Part shown: positions 17,570 through 26,061 of the stretch, piece after piece
Position numbering within the stretch: position 1 is the stretch's first letter
Layout: every line of letters begins with the position of its first letter
Made by a program: the position numbers and the translations under genes
The notes under the pieces: generated by a model
Database searches by the model: none
What the model was told of the DNA's origin: nothing
Seen by the model: only the letters and a program-made list of their open reading frames with translations
From: an uncultured Verrucomicrobiota bacterium
GTDB taxonomy: Bacteria > Verrucomicrobiota > Kiritimatiellia > CAIQIC01 > Lenti-01
Length of the DNA stretch: 51,805 nt
Assembly: GCA_964397035.1 (NCBI GenBank)
Contig: CAYNHA010000014.1
Location: 1-51,805 of the forward strand
Direction: 5' to 3'

Positions 17570-17669
17570 TCTCCCGCATCTCTTCTTTTTCGAGCCACTT
17601 CCGTTTGGAGTTTGACATCCATTCCCCTTTGCACCACAATGCTCGCCACAAACGTTTTTGGAGGACACT

Positions 17670-18548
17670 ATGGCTAAGTTGTTGAAGCCGCTGGTTGTGA
17701 TTGTATTGTTGTTGGGCCTTGCCGCCCTTTGTATCCAAGCCCTCGTGCTTTTCCCAAAGCGTACACTCATCAAGGAGCGCACCCAGAAGCTGGAAGGCGG
17801 CCTCTCCCGCGTCGTCGACACCCTCAAGGGCCCACAGTCCCTCCTGTCCGATGAAGCCAAGACGGCAGCCCAGTTCAACAAGGCCAATCTGCTGATCGGC
17901 ACCAAGGAAGACCTTCCCCGTCTCGATGGAGAACTCAACCGGGCCAACTCGGTTGCCGGCGCCGTCCTGCAAGGCTGGACCGATACCAAGACCGACCTCG
18001 AAAACACCCGCCAGGATTTGGAAAACACCCGCGCCGAACTGGAAAGCACCAAGGCCCAGCTTGAAGATGCCCGCACGCAAATCGTCCAGCTCAACGAAAC
18101 CATCCGCGGCAAGGATCAGGAGCTGGTTGAAAAGGCCAACGTCATCGCCGGCCTCGAGGATGAGAAGGCTTCCCTCACCGCCCAGGTTGCCGACCTGAAC
18201 GCCCAGATCGGCACCCTGAACGACAAGCTCGCCGAGCTGGAGGAAGAAAACGGCATGCTGAAGGGACAACTTGAGAAGTGCGAAGGCGCCCTCAACCCTG
18301 ACAACATCACCATGAAGGTCGGCACCACCGCCAAGATCGTCTATGCCAATGCCGATTGGAATTTCGTCGTCATCGACATCGGCAGCGCCGATGGCGCCCA
18401 GGCCGGCGCCGAAATGATCATCCACCGGGATGACAACATGATCGGCAAGATCCGTCTCAGCGCCGTCCGCGACAATGTCACCATTGCCGAAGTGCTTCCC
18501 GAATATCAGAAGGCAACAGTGAAGGAGGGCGACGATGTTCTCTTCTAA
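17670..18548 (+). CDS. Membrane-anchored coiled-coil protein with a C-terminal beta-rich domain (function unknown)
   Basis: GGAGGA lies 6 nt upstream of ATG 17670. The N-terminal TM helix is LLKPLVVIVLLLGLAALCI. About 170 aa are heptad-like and Glu/Leu/Lys-rich. The C-terminus is NFVVIDIGSADGAQAGAEMIIHRD... Confidence 0.6.
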   Translation: MAKLLKPLVVIVLLLGLAALCIQALVLFPKRTLIKERTQKLEGGLSRVVDTLKGPQSLLSDEAKTAAQFNKANLLIGTKEDLPRLDGELNRANSVAGAVLQGWTDTKTDLENTRQDLENTRAELESTKAQLEDARTQIVQLNETIRGKDQELVEKANVIAGLEDEKASLTAQVADLNAQIGTLNDKLAELEEENGMLKGQLEKCEGALNPDNITMKVGTTAKIVYANADWNFVVIDIGSADGAQAGAEMIIHRDDNMIGKIRLSAVRDNVTIAEVLPEYQKATVKEGDDVLF

Positions 18549-18561
18549 CGGACTTTCCGCC

Positions 18562-18657
18562 ATGACCCTCGTGGCCGTTCTTTTTCTGGCCACCGTGGTC
18601 ACCCTTCAGGTGTTGGAAATCAACTACTACTCCGCCCTGCCCTCCATTTGGCCGTGA
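18562..18657 (+). CDS. Candidate 31-aa hydrophobic mini-protein
   Basis: Not in the ORF track (under 60 aa). ATG 18562 lies 13 nt after the coiled-coil gene stop. It encodes MTLVAVLFLATVVTLQVLEINYYSALPSIWP with one TM-like helix. Its stop overlaps the next ORF start (GTGA). Confidence 0.35.
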   Translation: MTLVAVLFLATVVTLQVLEINYYSALPSIWP

Positions 18658-18818
18658 CCGGATTCCGCTGGCAGTTGCTCGTTCTGGCCCTCGCAGGCAT
18701 TGTCCTGGCCTGCGCCGGGTGTGCTTCTCCCGATGCCGAATCCGACCTCCCGTGGAACATGACCCAGCCTTGGGAAAGCGCCCCCTCTATTCCCTTCGGC
18801 AACACCGGTAGCTACTAA
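18654..18818 (+). CDS. Candidate 54-aa small lipoprotein
   Basis: Not in the ORF track. GTG 18654 overlaps the previous stop. The protein (V)TGFRWQLLVLALAGIVLACAGCASPD... has a lipobox L-A-C-A-G-C. It ends at TAA 18816-18818, just before palindrome locus 2. Confidence 0.4.
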   Translation: MTGFRWQLLVLALAGIVLACAGCASPDAESDLPWNMTQPWESAPSIPFGNTGSY

Positions 18819-18849
18819 CCCCTTCCCCGCTCCTGATCCGGCGAAGTTG

Positions 18850-18900
18850 TTTTCCACACTATGGAAAAATCCGTCCCCGGTTTTCCACACCATGGAAAAA
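18850..18900. repeat. Paired palindrome element, locus 2 (TTTTCCACACTATGGAAAAA + TTTTCCACACCATGGAAAAA)
   Basis: Read directly. Centres are at 18859 and 18890 (31 bp apart). The pair sits between convergent stops at 18818 (+) and 18909 (-). Both right arms carry G-to-A changes (TATGG, CATGG). Confidence 0.85.
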
Positions 18901-18908
18901 CGGGCGGT

Positions 18909-20333
18909 TCACCATTCCCGCGCCACCAGAGCCTGCCAGTTGCGCGTGTAGTTGTTGTGCCAGACGCTTTTGGTTTCGTCGTGGAAGCAAAAGGCCAGGT
19001 TCCATTTGGTGGACCCGGGCACCGTGAAGGTTGCTTTCCATTTCTCCGTTGCCGGATCGCGCACCATCGGAAGTTCCAGCAAAAGGTTGTTGAATTCATC
19101 GCGGCCCAGATGAAGGGTCACACGGTCCGATCCCGCCAGCGGTCCGCCGGCCGCGTCATACCAGATTGTGCAGGTTTCCCCGCGCACCGGGAACGCCGGC
19201 TCCACGCGCACATGCCGCCGGGCCGTGTATTCCGCCCGGTCGAACACCGTTCCATCGGGCCGTTTCCCTTCGACCTGAATCGAAGAACCGTCCACGCGGA
19301 ACTGAACGAAATGATAGGCGCTGGTGGCAAACAGCATGGAGGAATGGTTGGCGTCCACCTGGTACAGCCATCCCCCGCCGCCGCCGCTCACCAGATAGGG
19401 CACGCCATCCAGCGGCTTCGTTCGCTGGTAGGTGTGCGCATGGCCGCTCAACACCAGGCCCGCTTCATATTTCACGAAAAGAGGTACCCACCCATCGCGG
19501 ATGATTCCATCGCCTCCGCGCTCCCCTTCTGAAAACGGTGGACTGTGCATCACCGGAATAATCCAGACAATTTCCGGATTGTTCGCGGCTTTCTGCAATT
19601 CCCGCGCCAGCCATGCCGTCCGGCTGGGCGGCTCGAATTCCGTGGAATCCAGGAGGATGAAACGGATGGGCCCCACATCCAGCACGTAGTCGTGCGAATC
19701 CGGCAGCTCGATCAGCCGGTGCCAAAACGAATCCGGATTCTCCGGCTCGTCATGGTTTCCCGAGACCGGCTGGAAAACAAATTCCGAGAGTTCTTTTTCT
19801 AGGCATTCAAAAAACAAATTCCAGCTTCCTATCACGCCCTCGTAATCCACCGCGTAGCGCGAGTCCGCCAGATCGCCCGACGACAGCACGAAATCGGGAT
19901 TCGCCTCAACCACGCCTGCCGAAACAGCCTTGGCCGCCTCCTCGTTGATCCCCCCCTGCAAATCGTTGTGCAGCACGAAAGTGAAAGCCTGGTGGGGATC
20001 CGACGGCGCTGTCCAGAAGTGCCCCCTTGCTTCGAATCCATCCGATGAAGTGGCCGTATACGCGTACTTCGTCCCCGGCTTCAACCCCCGCAGCGTGAAG
20101 ACATGCCTCCGGACAGGCTCCTCTTGCATCGATGCCGTCTTGGCCTCCCCGTTCCACTCTCCATATTCCACGCGGGCGGTTCCTTCTCCATGGCGCTCCC
20201 ACGCCAAGGTCACCGTGGTGCGCGGGTCTTCCGTCCATGTGGCCATGACCGGCGTTTGCCAGCTTCGCGCCCATGCCGAAGAAAGGAACAAAAACACCGC
20301 CGCGCCCAACATCCATGTCCATTTGCTTTTCAT
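18909..20333 (-). CDS. Secreted purple-acid-phosphatase-like metallophosphoesterase fused to a C-terminal CBM25-like glucan-binding module
   Basis: ATG 20333 gives the signal peptide MKSKWTWMLGAAVFLFLSSAWA. A PAP N-domain is present (TVTLAWERHG...VEYGEW). Metallophosphatase motifs are SSGDLAD, GNHDEP, VMHSPP and SGHAHTYQR. The C-terminal ~100 aa (GETCTIWYDAAGGPLAGSDRVTLHLG...LAFCFHDETKSVWHNNYTRNW) parallel the GH57 CBM modules in this window. Confidence 0.8.
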   Translation of the reverse strand: MKSKWTWMLGAAVFLFLSSAWARSWQTPVMATWTEDPRTTVTLAWERHGEGTARVEYGEWNGEAKTASMQEEPVRRHVFTLRGLKPGTKYAYTATSSDGFEARGHFWTAPSDPHQAFTFVLHNDLQGGINEEAAKAVSAGVVEANPDFVLSSGDLADSRYAVDYEGVIGSWNLFFECLEKELSEFVFQPVSGNHDEPENPDSFWHRLIELPDSHDYVLDVGPIRFILLDSTEFEPPSRTAWLARELQKAANNPEIVWIIPVMHSPPFSEGERGGDGIIRDGWVPLFVKYEAGLVLSGHAHTYQRTKPLDGVPYLVSGGGGGWLYQVDANHSSMLFATSAYHFVQFRVDGSSIQVEGKRPDGTVFDRAEYTARRHVRVEPAFPVRGETCTIWYDAAGGPLAGSDRVTLHLGRDEFNNLLLELPMVRDPATEKWKATFTVPGSTKWNLAFCFHDETKSVWHNNYTRNWQALVAREW

Positions 20334-20415
20334 GAATCCCACCGTATCCCAAATCCCCGCCGCTGCAAAGTTCCGCTTGCTTTGCCCGGGATTCTGCTCG
20401 ACCTTACCTCCGTCC

Positions 20416-22914
20416 ATGAACCCTTCGTTCAAAACCTATTCCGAGTGGCTGGCAACACGCCGCTCCAAGTTGTCCCGCGGGGGCCTTTGGCTGGAGGGCC
20501 GGGAGCCCGGTCGCCCGGATCCGGCCGGCTTTGATACGGCAAAGCTGAAAATCCTCATCTGCCGCCTCTCACCCTACGAAGACGTGCTGGCCTCCATCAC
20601 GCACCGCATCCTGCTCCATGCCGCGCAGTCCGTGCCCGGAGTCTTTGCCGATCTGGCCTTCTTCCCCTCGGAATCCGATGCCCTTGTCATGCGGCAGGAC
20701 GACGTTCCCTTCTGGCTGGCCACGGGCTGCAAACGGCCACCCGCCGACTTCGATGTGGTCGCCATCAGCCTCTCCGTGCAGCAGGAGGCCATCCACCTGC
20801 CCCTTGCGTTGAAACAATCCGGACTGCAACTGGATTTTGAAGGACGCATGGCAGCCGAGCGGCATCCCTTTCTCCTTCTCGGCGGACATGGCGCGGCCTC
20901 CGTCCCTTTCCTGCACGGCGATGCCAATGGCCCCGGCACCGGCGGCCTGGTCGATGCCGTTTGCCTGGGCGATGGCATCACCTGGCTCCGGGAATTCCTC
21001 CAAAACTGGATGCAGGCCCTCCCCAGCGGCATGTCCAAACGGGATTTTCTTTGCGCGCAAGCCAAGAGCATGCCCGGAACCTATGTGCCCTCCCTGTATC
21101 GCCACAATAACCAAGCCGGCCGCCTCGCGTCCATTGTCCCGTTGCACCCGGACCTTCCCATGCCGGCACAGTTCCGCCAGGATTCCATGGCCGATTGGCT
21201 CAAGGATTACGATGGCGCCTTCATCCCGTTCTCCGACGAGGAACTCGAGGAAACACTTCCGCTCGCAGCCGGTTGCCTGTACCGCTGCCGGTTCTGCCAA
21301 ACCGGATGGATGCGCAAGGAATTTTCGGCCGCCTCCCGCGATGGGCTGCTCGACTCCGCCCGTAAACTGAAAACCGCGATGGTCAATTCCGACCTGAATC
21401 TGTTGGCCTCCGACGCCTGCAGCCTCTCCGGCCTTGAAGAAATCATGGACGACCTGTGTCCGCTCTTCCGGCACGTCTCCATGAAAAGCCTGTCGGTGTC
21501 CAGCCTCGTCCGCCGTCCCGAATACTTCGACCTGCTGCGCAAACTCGCCAAGCACGAATTCACCTTTGGCGTGGAAGGCATCAGCGCCCGCCTCCGGGCC
21601 TATCTGGGCAAACCGGCCACCGCCCACGACTTGATCCGCATCGCGGCAAGCCTCTCCCACAGCGGCCTGCGACAGCTCAAGTTGTTCTTCATCCTCACCG
21701 GGCTCGAAGAAGAACGCGATGTGCAGGAGCTGGAGAGGCTGATCCAGAACATCCACCTCAAGGTTCCCGCCTGCCGGATCATCGCCAGCTTCATGCCCCT
21801 CTTTCACGCCCCCTTCACGCCCCTTCAGTTCGCGACCATCCGGGCCCTGAACACCGAAACGGAACGCTCCCTTTCCCTCGCGGTCCGCCATGCGGGCGCC
21901 GAATTCCGCTGGAGCGCCCTCCCCGACGAGATTGCCCTGATGAACCGCCTCTGCCGGGCCGGTCGCATGGCCACGCCCGCGCTGGTTCATTTCTCTATCC
22001 AGAAAAACCTGCGCTACGATCGCGGCCTGCCACCCGCCCTCATCCGGGAACTCGCCTCGTCTGTGCCCGCAGATACTGGCGAACAAAACGGAACCACCGT
22101 CTTTCCCTGGAGCGATATCCAGGCTTCGGCAACGTCCAAAATCCTGTGGAAGTCCTACCAAAAGGCATGCCAGGAACTTCAAAATCCACCCGAGGCCGTT
22201 GCCGCAATGCGTCCCCTTCCTGCCCCCGCCCCGTCCCGGAAAATTTGCCCTCCCCCGTCGCCGCCCGAAGAAGCCAAACGCTTTCACTTCTGGGCCGTTC
22301 TCCAGCCCGGACAGGCCCGATTTCCGGATCATGTCATCGCCAGAAGCCTCTTCCGGATGGCCTTTTCCAAGACTCCGGAATCCGCGTTCGACTATCTCGG
22401 CCATCCCGTTCTGCTGCGCCCACCGGGCACATCCGGGTTCGCCCTCCTCTCTGCGGAATTCAGAAAGGAACCCCGCCTTCCGCTTCTGGAAAAGGCGAAC
22501 GACCTCCCCGCCGAGTCCACCCTATTTGCCCTTCAATGGCCCCACAACGAAATGGCCAAAGCCCTCCGGAAATGCCTTCATCAGGCTCGGGTGAAATTCC
22601 AAACCGTGCGGCAAGGCGACGCCCTCTGGCATGTCGTGGAAAAACCGTTTCGCGCCCGCACCGGCATCGCCGCCGTGAAAGAGCTTCCTCAACACACGCT
22701 CCTGTTCTGCCACCCGCGCCCCGACCTGCTGGAAGGCAAAGAGATCCTGCTGTCCGCCCCGGCAGGCAACGCTTGCGCCGTGCTCTCCAAAAGCGAAACA
22801 CCTTGCCCCGCCTGCAAGGGAGCCGCCCTGCGGATCCTCCAGTCCGATCGAACGGAACAAATACCGACCTGCTTCGATTGCCTGATCCGCCCGGGCACCC
22901 ATGCACCGGGTTGA
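20416..22914 (+). CDS. Large radical SAM protein (TIGR03960-like B12-binding-like N-domain + radical SAM core), probably fused to a DUF2344-like C-terminal domain
   Basis: ATG 20416 was chosen because the ORF-track start 19930 runs antisense through the phosphoesterase gene. The CX3CX2C cluster is AAGCLYRCRFCQTGW. DFDVVAISLS...LLLGGHGA...VCLGDG matches the N-domain. The C-terminal assignment is tentative. Confidence 0.8.
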   Translation: MNPSFKTYSEWLATRRSKLSRGGLWLEGREPGRPDPAGFDTAKLKILICRLSPYEDVLASITHRILLHAAQSVPGVFADLAFFPSESDALVMRQDDVPFWLATGCKRPPADFDVVAISLSVQQEAIHLPLALKQSGLQLDFEGRMAAERHPFLLLGGHGAASVPFLHGDANGPGTGGLVDAVCLGDGITWLREFLQNWMQALPSGMSKRDFLCAQAKSMPGTYVPSLYRHNNQAGRLASIVPLHPDLPMPAQFRQDSMADWLKDYDGAFIPFSDEELEETLPLAAGCLYRCRFCQTGWMRKEFSAASRDGLLDSARKLKTAMVNSDLNLLASDACSLSGLEEIMDDLCPLFRHVSMKSLSVSSLVRRPEYFDLLRKLAKHEFTFGVEGISARLRAYLGKPATAHDLIRIAASLSHSGLRQLKLFFILTGLEEERDVQELERLIQNIHLKVPACRIIASFMPLFHAPFTPLQFATIRALNTETERSLSLAVRHAGAEFRWSALPDEIALMNRLCRAGRMATPALVHFSIQKNLRYDRGLPPALIRELASSVPADTGEQNGTTVFPWSDIQASATSKILWKSYQKACQELQNPPEAVAAMRPLPAPAPSRKICPPPSPPEEAKRFHFWAVLQPGQARFPDHVIARSLFRMAFSKTPESAFDYLGHPVLLRPPGTSGFALLSAEFRKEPRLPLLEKANDLPAESTLFALQWPHNEMAKALRKCLHQARVKFQTVRQGDALWHVVEKPFRARTGIAAVKELPQHTLLFCHPRPDLLEGKEILLSAPAGNACAVLSKSETPCPACKGAALRILQSDRTEQIPTCFDCLIRPGTHAPG

Positions 22915-22936
22915 ACAAACCGGTGCGGAGGCCATC

Positions 22937-23611
22937 ATGAAATCCGAAATCCCCAACATCCGCCATTCGTTCACCACTTCCGAATTCGACAAGGATGTCG
23001 GCTGGACCGAAACCATTACAACCATCGGGCAGACCGGGGACCGCGTCACGGTGACCCAGATCCGGAACGAAAACGGAACTCAGATAAGCCGCGAAGAAGA
23101 CCGGGGGCGCATCGGAAGGCTCTATCCGGCGCAACATCTTGTCCAGCTTCTCATGGAGAGCGGAAATCGACTCTATTTCAACACGCAAACGAAGGATTTC
23201 GACCATTCCGCGGAACTGATTTTCCGGCGTACCTCCTTTCCAGGCTTCGACTACAAGAAGCGGGACCATGCCCGCCTCATCTATCGTCACCTCCACGCCA
23301 TCGCCTCCGTTTTTCTTCAAACACCCCCGCTCGCCGACGATGTCGCGATTGTCTGGTCCCGCCAAGACATGGGCGAGCAGGGCGTGCTCAACGCATTTCT
23401 GTTGTTCGATGCCACGCTTGTGCAAACCGAAAATGGCACGGACTGGTTCGGCGTATGGGCTAAAGTTCTCCCGGTCGAGGCTCCGTCCTGTGTCATGGCG
23501 CACTTCCGGAAGGAGGGACAGGACAACATGGATGTGATTGTCAAATGCCCGCCGGAATGGCATCCCGAACTGAACCAGATGATCGATGGCCTGATCCGCA
23601 CGCAAACATGA
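22937..23611 (+). CDS. Hypothetical cytoplasmic protein (no recognisable domain)
   Basis: GGAGG lies 6 nt upstream of ATG 22937, which is 22 nt after the radical SAM stop on the same strand. 224 aa with normal composition. Confidence 0.55.
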   Translation: MKSEIPNIRHSFTTSEFDKDVGWTETITTIGQTGDRVTVTQIRNENGTQISREEDRGRIGRLYPAQHLVQLLMESGNRLYFNTQTKDFDHSAELIFRRTSFPGFDYKKRDHARLIYRHLHAIASVFLQTPPLADDVAIVWSRQDMGEQGVLNAFLLFDATLVQTENGTDWFGVWAKVLPVEAPSCVMAHFRKEGQDNMDVIVKCPPEWHPELNQMIDGLIRTQT

Positions 23612-23641
23612 CGGCCACATCACGACAAAGGAAAAGGTGCG

Positions 23642-24058
23642 ATGAAAGAAACCCAAAACCCATTGCCGGTTTCGGAATGCAGAATTTGCAGCCACCTCAG
23701 GGACACGGAAACGTCTTTCGTGAAATTCGGTGCGGACGAACAAAACACCTATCTTCCGGATGCGGCGAAAGAGCTTGAGGAAGCCGAGGACACGCGGGTC
23801 CCCGGCAAAGACCGGCATCACGTCAAGCGCTGTCCCGTCTGTGGACGGCTCTACAAATATGATCTGGCCTACGAGTATCTGGTCAATGGAAGCGAAGACG
23901 AAGAAACGCTGACCCGCCTCACCCCTGCCGAAACCCGCCGCTTTTGGGCCACCCTCGCCCCCACGGGATTCCACGCCCCCGCAGCGCCACCCCGTGCCCA
24001 TGCCGAGTCCGATCTGAGCCGGCCTGTTGACAGTCCTTCGCAAGGTGGCTATACATGA
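23642..24058 (+). CDS. Hypothetical zinc-ribbon protein
   Basis: AAGGAAAAGG lies upstream of ATG 23642. Two CxxC pairs (CRIC ... CPVC) are about 55 aa apart. The centre is acidic and the tail is Pro/Ala-rich. Confidence 0.5.
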   Translation: MKETQNPLPVSECRICSHLRDTETSFVKFGADEQNTYLPDAAKELEEAEDTRVPGKDRHHVKRCPVCGRLYKYDLAYEYLVNGSEDEETLTRLTPAETRRFWATLAPTGFHAPAAPPRAHAESDLSRPVDSPSQGGYT

Positions 24059-24100
24059 AAGCCGAACCCCGCAACGCGGACCTATGTTGGGAAAACGTCC

Positions 24101-25183
24101 ATGCTTGAAATCCAGAACTTGTCAAAACAGTACGGTGCCACGGTCGCGGTGAACGAGGTCAGCATGCGCGTCGAACGCGGCGAGTTCTTCTGCATGCTCG
24201 GCCCCAGCGGATGCGGCAAAACCACCATCCTCCGCATGGTCGCCGGCTTCGAAAAGCCAACCGGCGGCCGCATTCTCCTGGATGGCGTGGATGTCACCGA
24301 CTTGCCCCCCTACGAACGCAACGTCAACACCGTCTTCCAGAACTACGCCCTTTTTCCCCACTACAACCTCTTCGACAACGTGGCCTATGCCCTGCGCGTC
24401 CGGAAACGTCCCGCCAGCGAAATCGCCGAGCGCGTGGAACAAGCTCTCTACACCGTGGGTCTTTCGGGCTACGGACAGCGCATGCCCTCCCAGTTGTCCG
24501 GCGGCCAGCAGCAGCGCGTCGCGCTGGCCCGAGCCCTGATCAACCAGCCCAAACTGCTGCTGCTGGATGAACCGCTTTCCGCCCTCGACAAAAAAATCGG
24601 CGAGCAGATGCGCTTCGAACTGGCGGACCTCCAGGCCAAAACGGGCATCACGTTCGTCTATGTCACCCACAACCAGGTGGAAGCCCTCTCCATGGCCAGC
24701 CGCATCGCCGTCATGAACCATGGCCGCGTTGAGCAGTGCGCGCCCCCGTCCGAACTCTACCAGTGCCCGACCACCCGTTTCGTGGCGGACTTCGTCGGCT
24801 CCATGAACTTCTTCACGAGCCGCGTGGTGGAGGCTGGCGCCGACTCTTTCAGCCTCATGATCGAAGGCCAGACCCAGATTCAGCGGCGCGGAAAAATCGA
24901 TGCCCGGCCGGGGCAGGAAGTGGTCTTTGGAATCCGGCCCGAACAGTTGCGCATCAGCCTGCTGGAACCCAAGGACTACGAAAACGGCCTGTTCGGTCAA
25001 ATCGTGCGGCAGGTCTTCACCGGCGATTCCACCGTTCTCCGCATCCGTCTGCAAAACGGAGTCCACATCGATGTCCGGGTGCCGAACTACCTCGTGATGG
25101 AAAACCGCGTGATGGCCCTGGAGCCCGACGAGCAGGTCTGGGCCATCTGGAGCCAGGGATCTGGCGTTGTCCTCCATGGCTAG
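24101..25183 (+). CDS. potA: Spermidine/putrescine ABC transporter ATP-binding protein
   Basis: Walker A GPSGCGKTT, signature LSGGQQQRVALARAL and Walker B LLLLDEPLSALD are present. The PotA-type C-terminal regulatory domain follows. Confidence 0.9.
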   Translation: MLEIQNLSKQYGATVAVNEVSMRVERGEFFCMLGPSGCGKTTILRMVAGFEKPTGGRILLDGVDVTDLPPYERNVNTVFQNYALFPHYNLFDNVAYALRVRKRPASEIAERVEQALYTVGLSGYGQRMPSQLSGGQQQRVALARALINQPKLLLLDEPLSALDKKIGEQMRFELADLQAKTGITFVYVTHNQVEALSMASRIAVMNHGRVEQCAPPSELYQCPTTRFVADFVGSMNFFTSRVVEAGADSFSLMIEGQTQIQRRGKIDARPGQEVVFGIRPEQLRISLLEPKDYENGLFGQIVRQVFTGDSTVLRIRLQNGVHIDVRVPNYLVMENRVMALEPDEQVWAIWSQGSGVVLHG

Positions 25184-26057
25184 CCCCCCTCCATCCAGGC
25201 GGTTTCGCTTTGGCGAACTCCAGATCCTTCTCTCGCCTCCCCTGTTCTGGCTGGTGGTGTTCTTTGCCATTCCGGTGGGCATCGTGCTGGCTTTCGGATT
25301 CGCAAAATCAACGGCCCAGGGTGCCATCCTTCCCCAGTTCACGCTGGAGCATTACCGCCACGCCTTCGATCCCCTCTATCTCAAGGTGCTCTGGCGCTCG
25401 CTCGCCTATGCGGGCCTCTCCACCCTGCTCACCCTCCTGCTGGCCTTTCCCGCGGCCTACTTCATCGCCTTCTCCCCGCCCAAGCGCCAGAAACTGCTGC
25501 TCTTCCTGGTGTTCCTCCCGCTCTGGACCAATCTGCTGGTGCGCCTCTATTCGTTCGTCATTCTCCTCAGCGATGGCGGCCCCGTGAACCAGGCCCTGCA
25601 AGCCCTCTCCATCATCCGGGAGCCGGTGCAACTGCTGAATACATCCTTCGCCGTCATCCTCGGATTCGTCTACTGGAACCTGCCCTTCATGATTCCACCC
25701 ATCTATACCTCGCTCGACCGCATGAACGTCTCGCTTCTCGAAGCCTCCATGGACCTTGGCGCCAGCCGCCTCGCCACCTTCCGCAACATCATCCTACCGC
25801 AGTCCCTGCCGGGCATCGCGGCCGGCACCACGCTGTGCTTCATTCCCACGCTGGGGTGTTTCATCATCCCCGACATTCTGGGCAACGCCGACACCATGAT
25901 GATTGGCAATCTCGTCGCCTCCCAGTTCCAGCAAGGCCGCAACTGGCCCTTCGGCAGCGCCCTCTCGACCTTGCTGATGCTGATCGTGATGCTCGGCATC
26001 AGCCTCTACCTGCGCTACTACGACCCCACCCAATCCTCGGCCGGAGAAGGCAGGTAG
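25176..26057 (+). CDS. potB: Polyamine ABC transporter permease (PotB-like)
   Basis: ATG 25176 overlaps the potA stop. It has 6 TM segments and an EAA-type loop (LEASMDLGASRLATFRNIILP). Confidence 0.85.
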   Translation: MASPPPSRRFRFGELQILLSPPLFWLVVFFAIPVGIVLAFGFAKSTAQGAILPQFTLEHYRHAFDPLYLKVLWRSLAYAGLSTLLTLLLAFPAAYFIAFSPPKRQKLLLFLVFLPLWTNLLVRLYSFVILLSDGGPVNQALQALSIIREPVQLLNTSFAVILGFVYWNLPFMIPPIYTSLDRMNVSLLEASMDLGASRLATFRNIILPQSLPGIAAGTTLCFIPTLGCFIIPDILGNADTMMIGNLVASQFQQGRNWPFGSALSTLLMLIVMLGISLYLRYYDPTQSSAGEGR

Positions 26058-26061
26058 TCCC

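Noticed and set aside
20416-22914. The radical SAM protein as the missing anaerobic sulfatase-maturating enzyme for the Ser-type sulfatase.
   Set aside because: It is about twice the size of anSME/AtsB enzymes. It has a B12-binding-like N-domain and CRFCQTG context typical of the TIGR03960-type family, and no obvious SPASM twin-cluster domain. It also lies 19 kb away on a different transcription unit.
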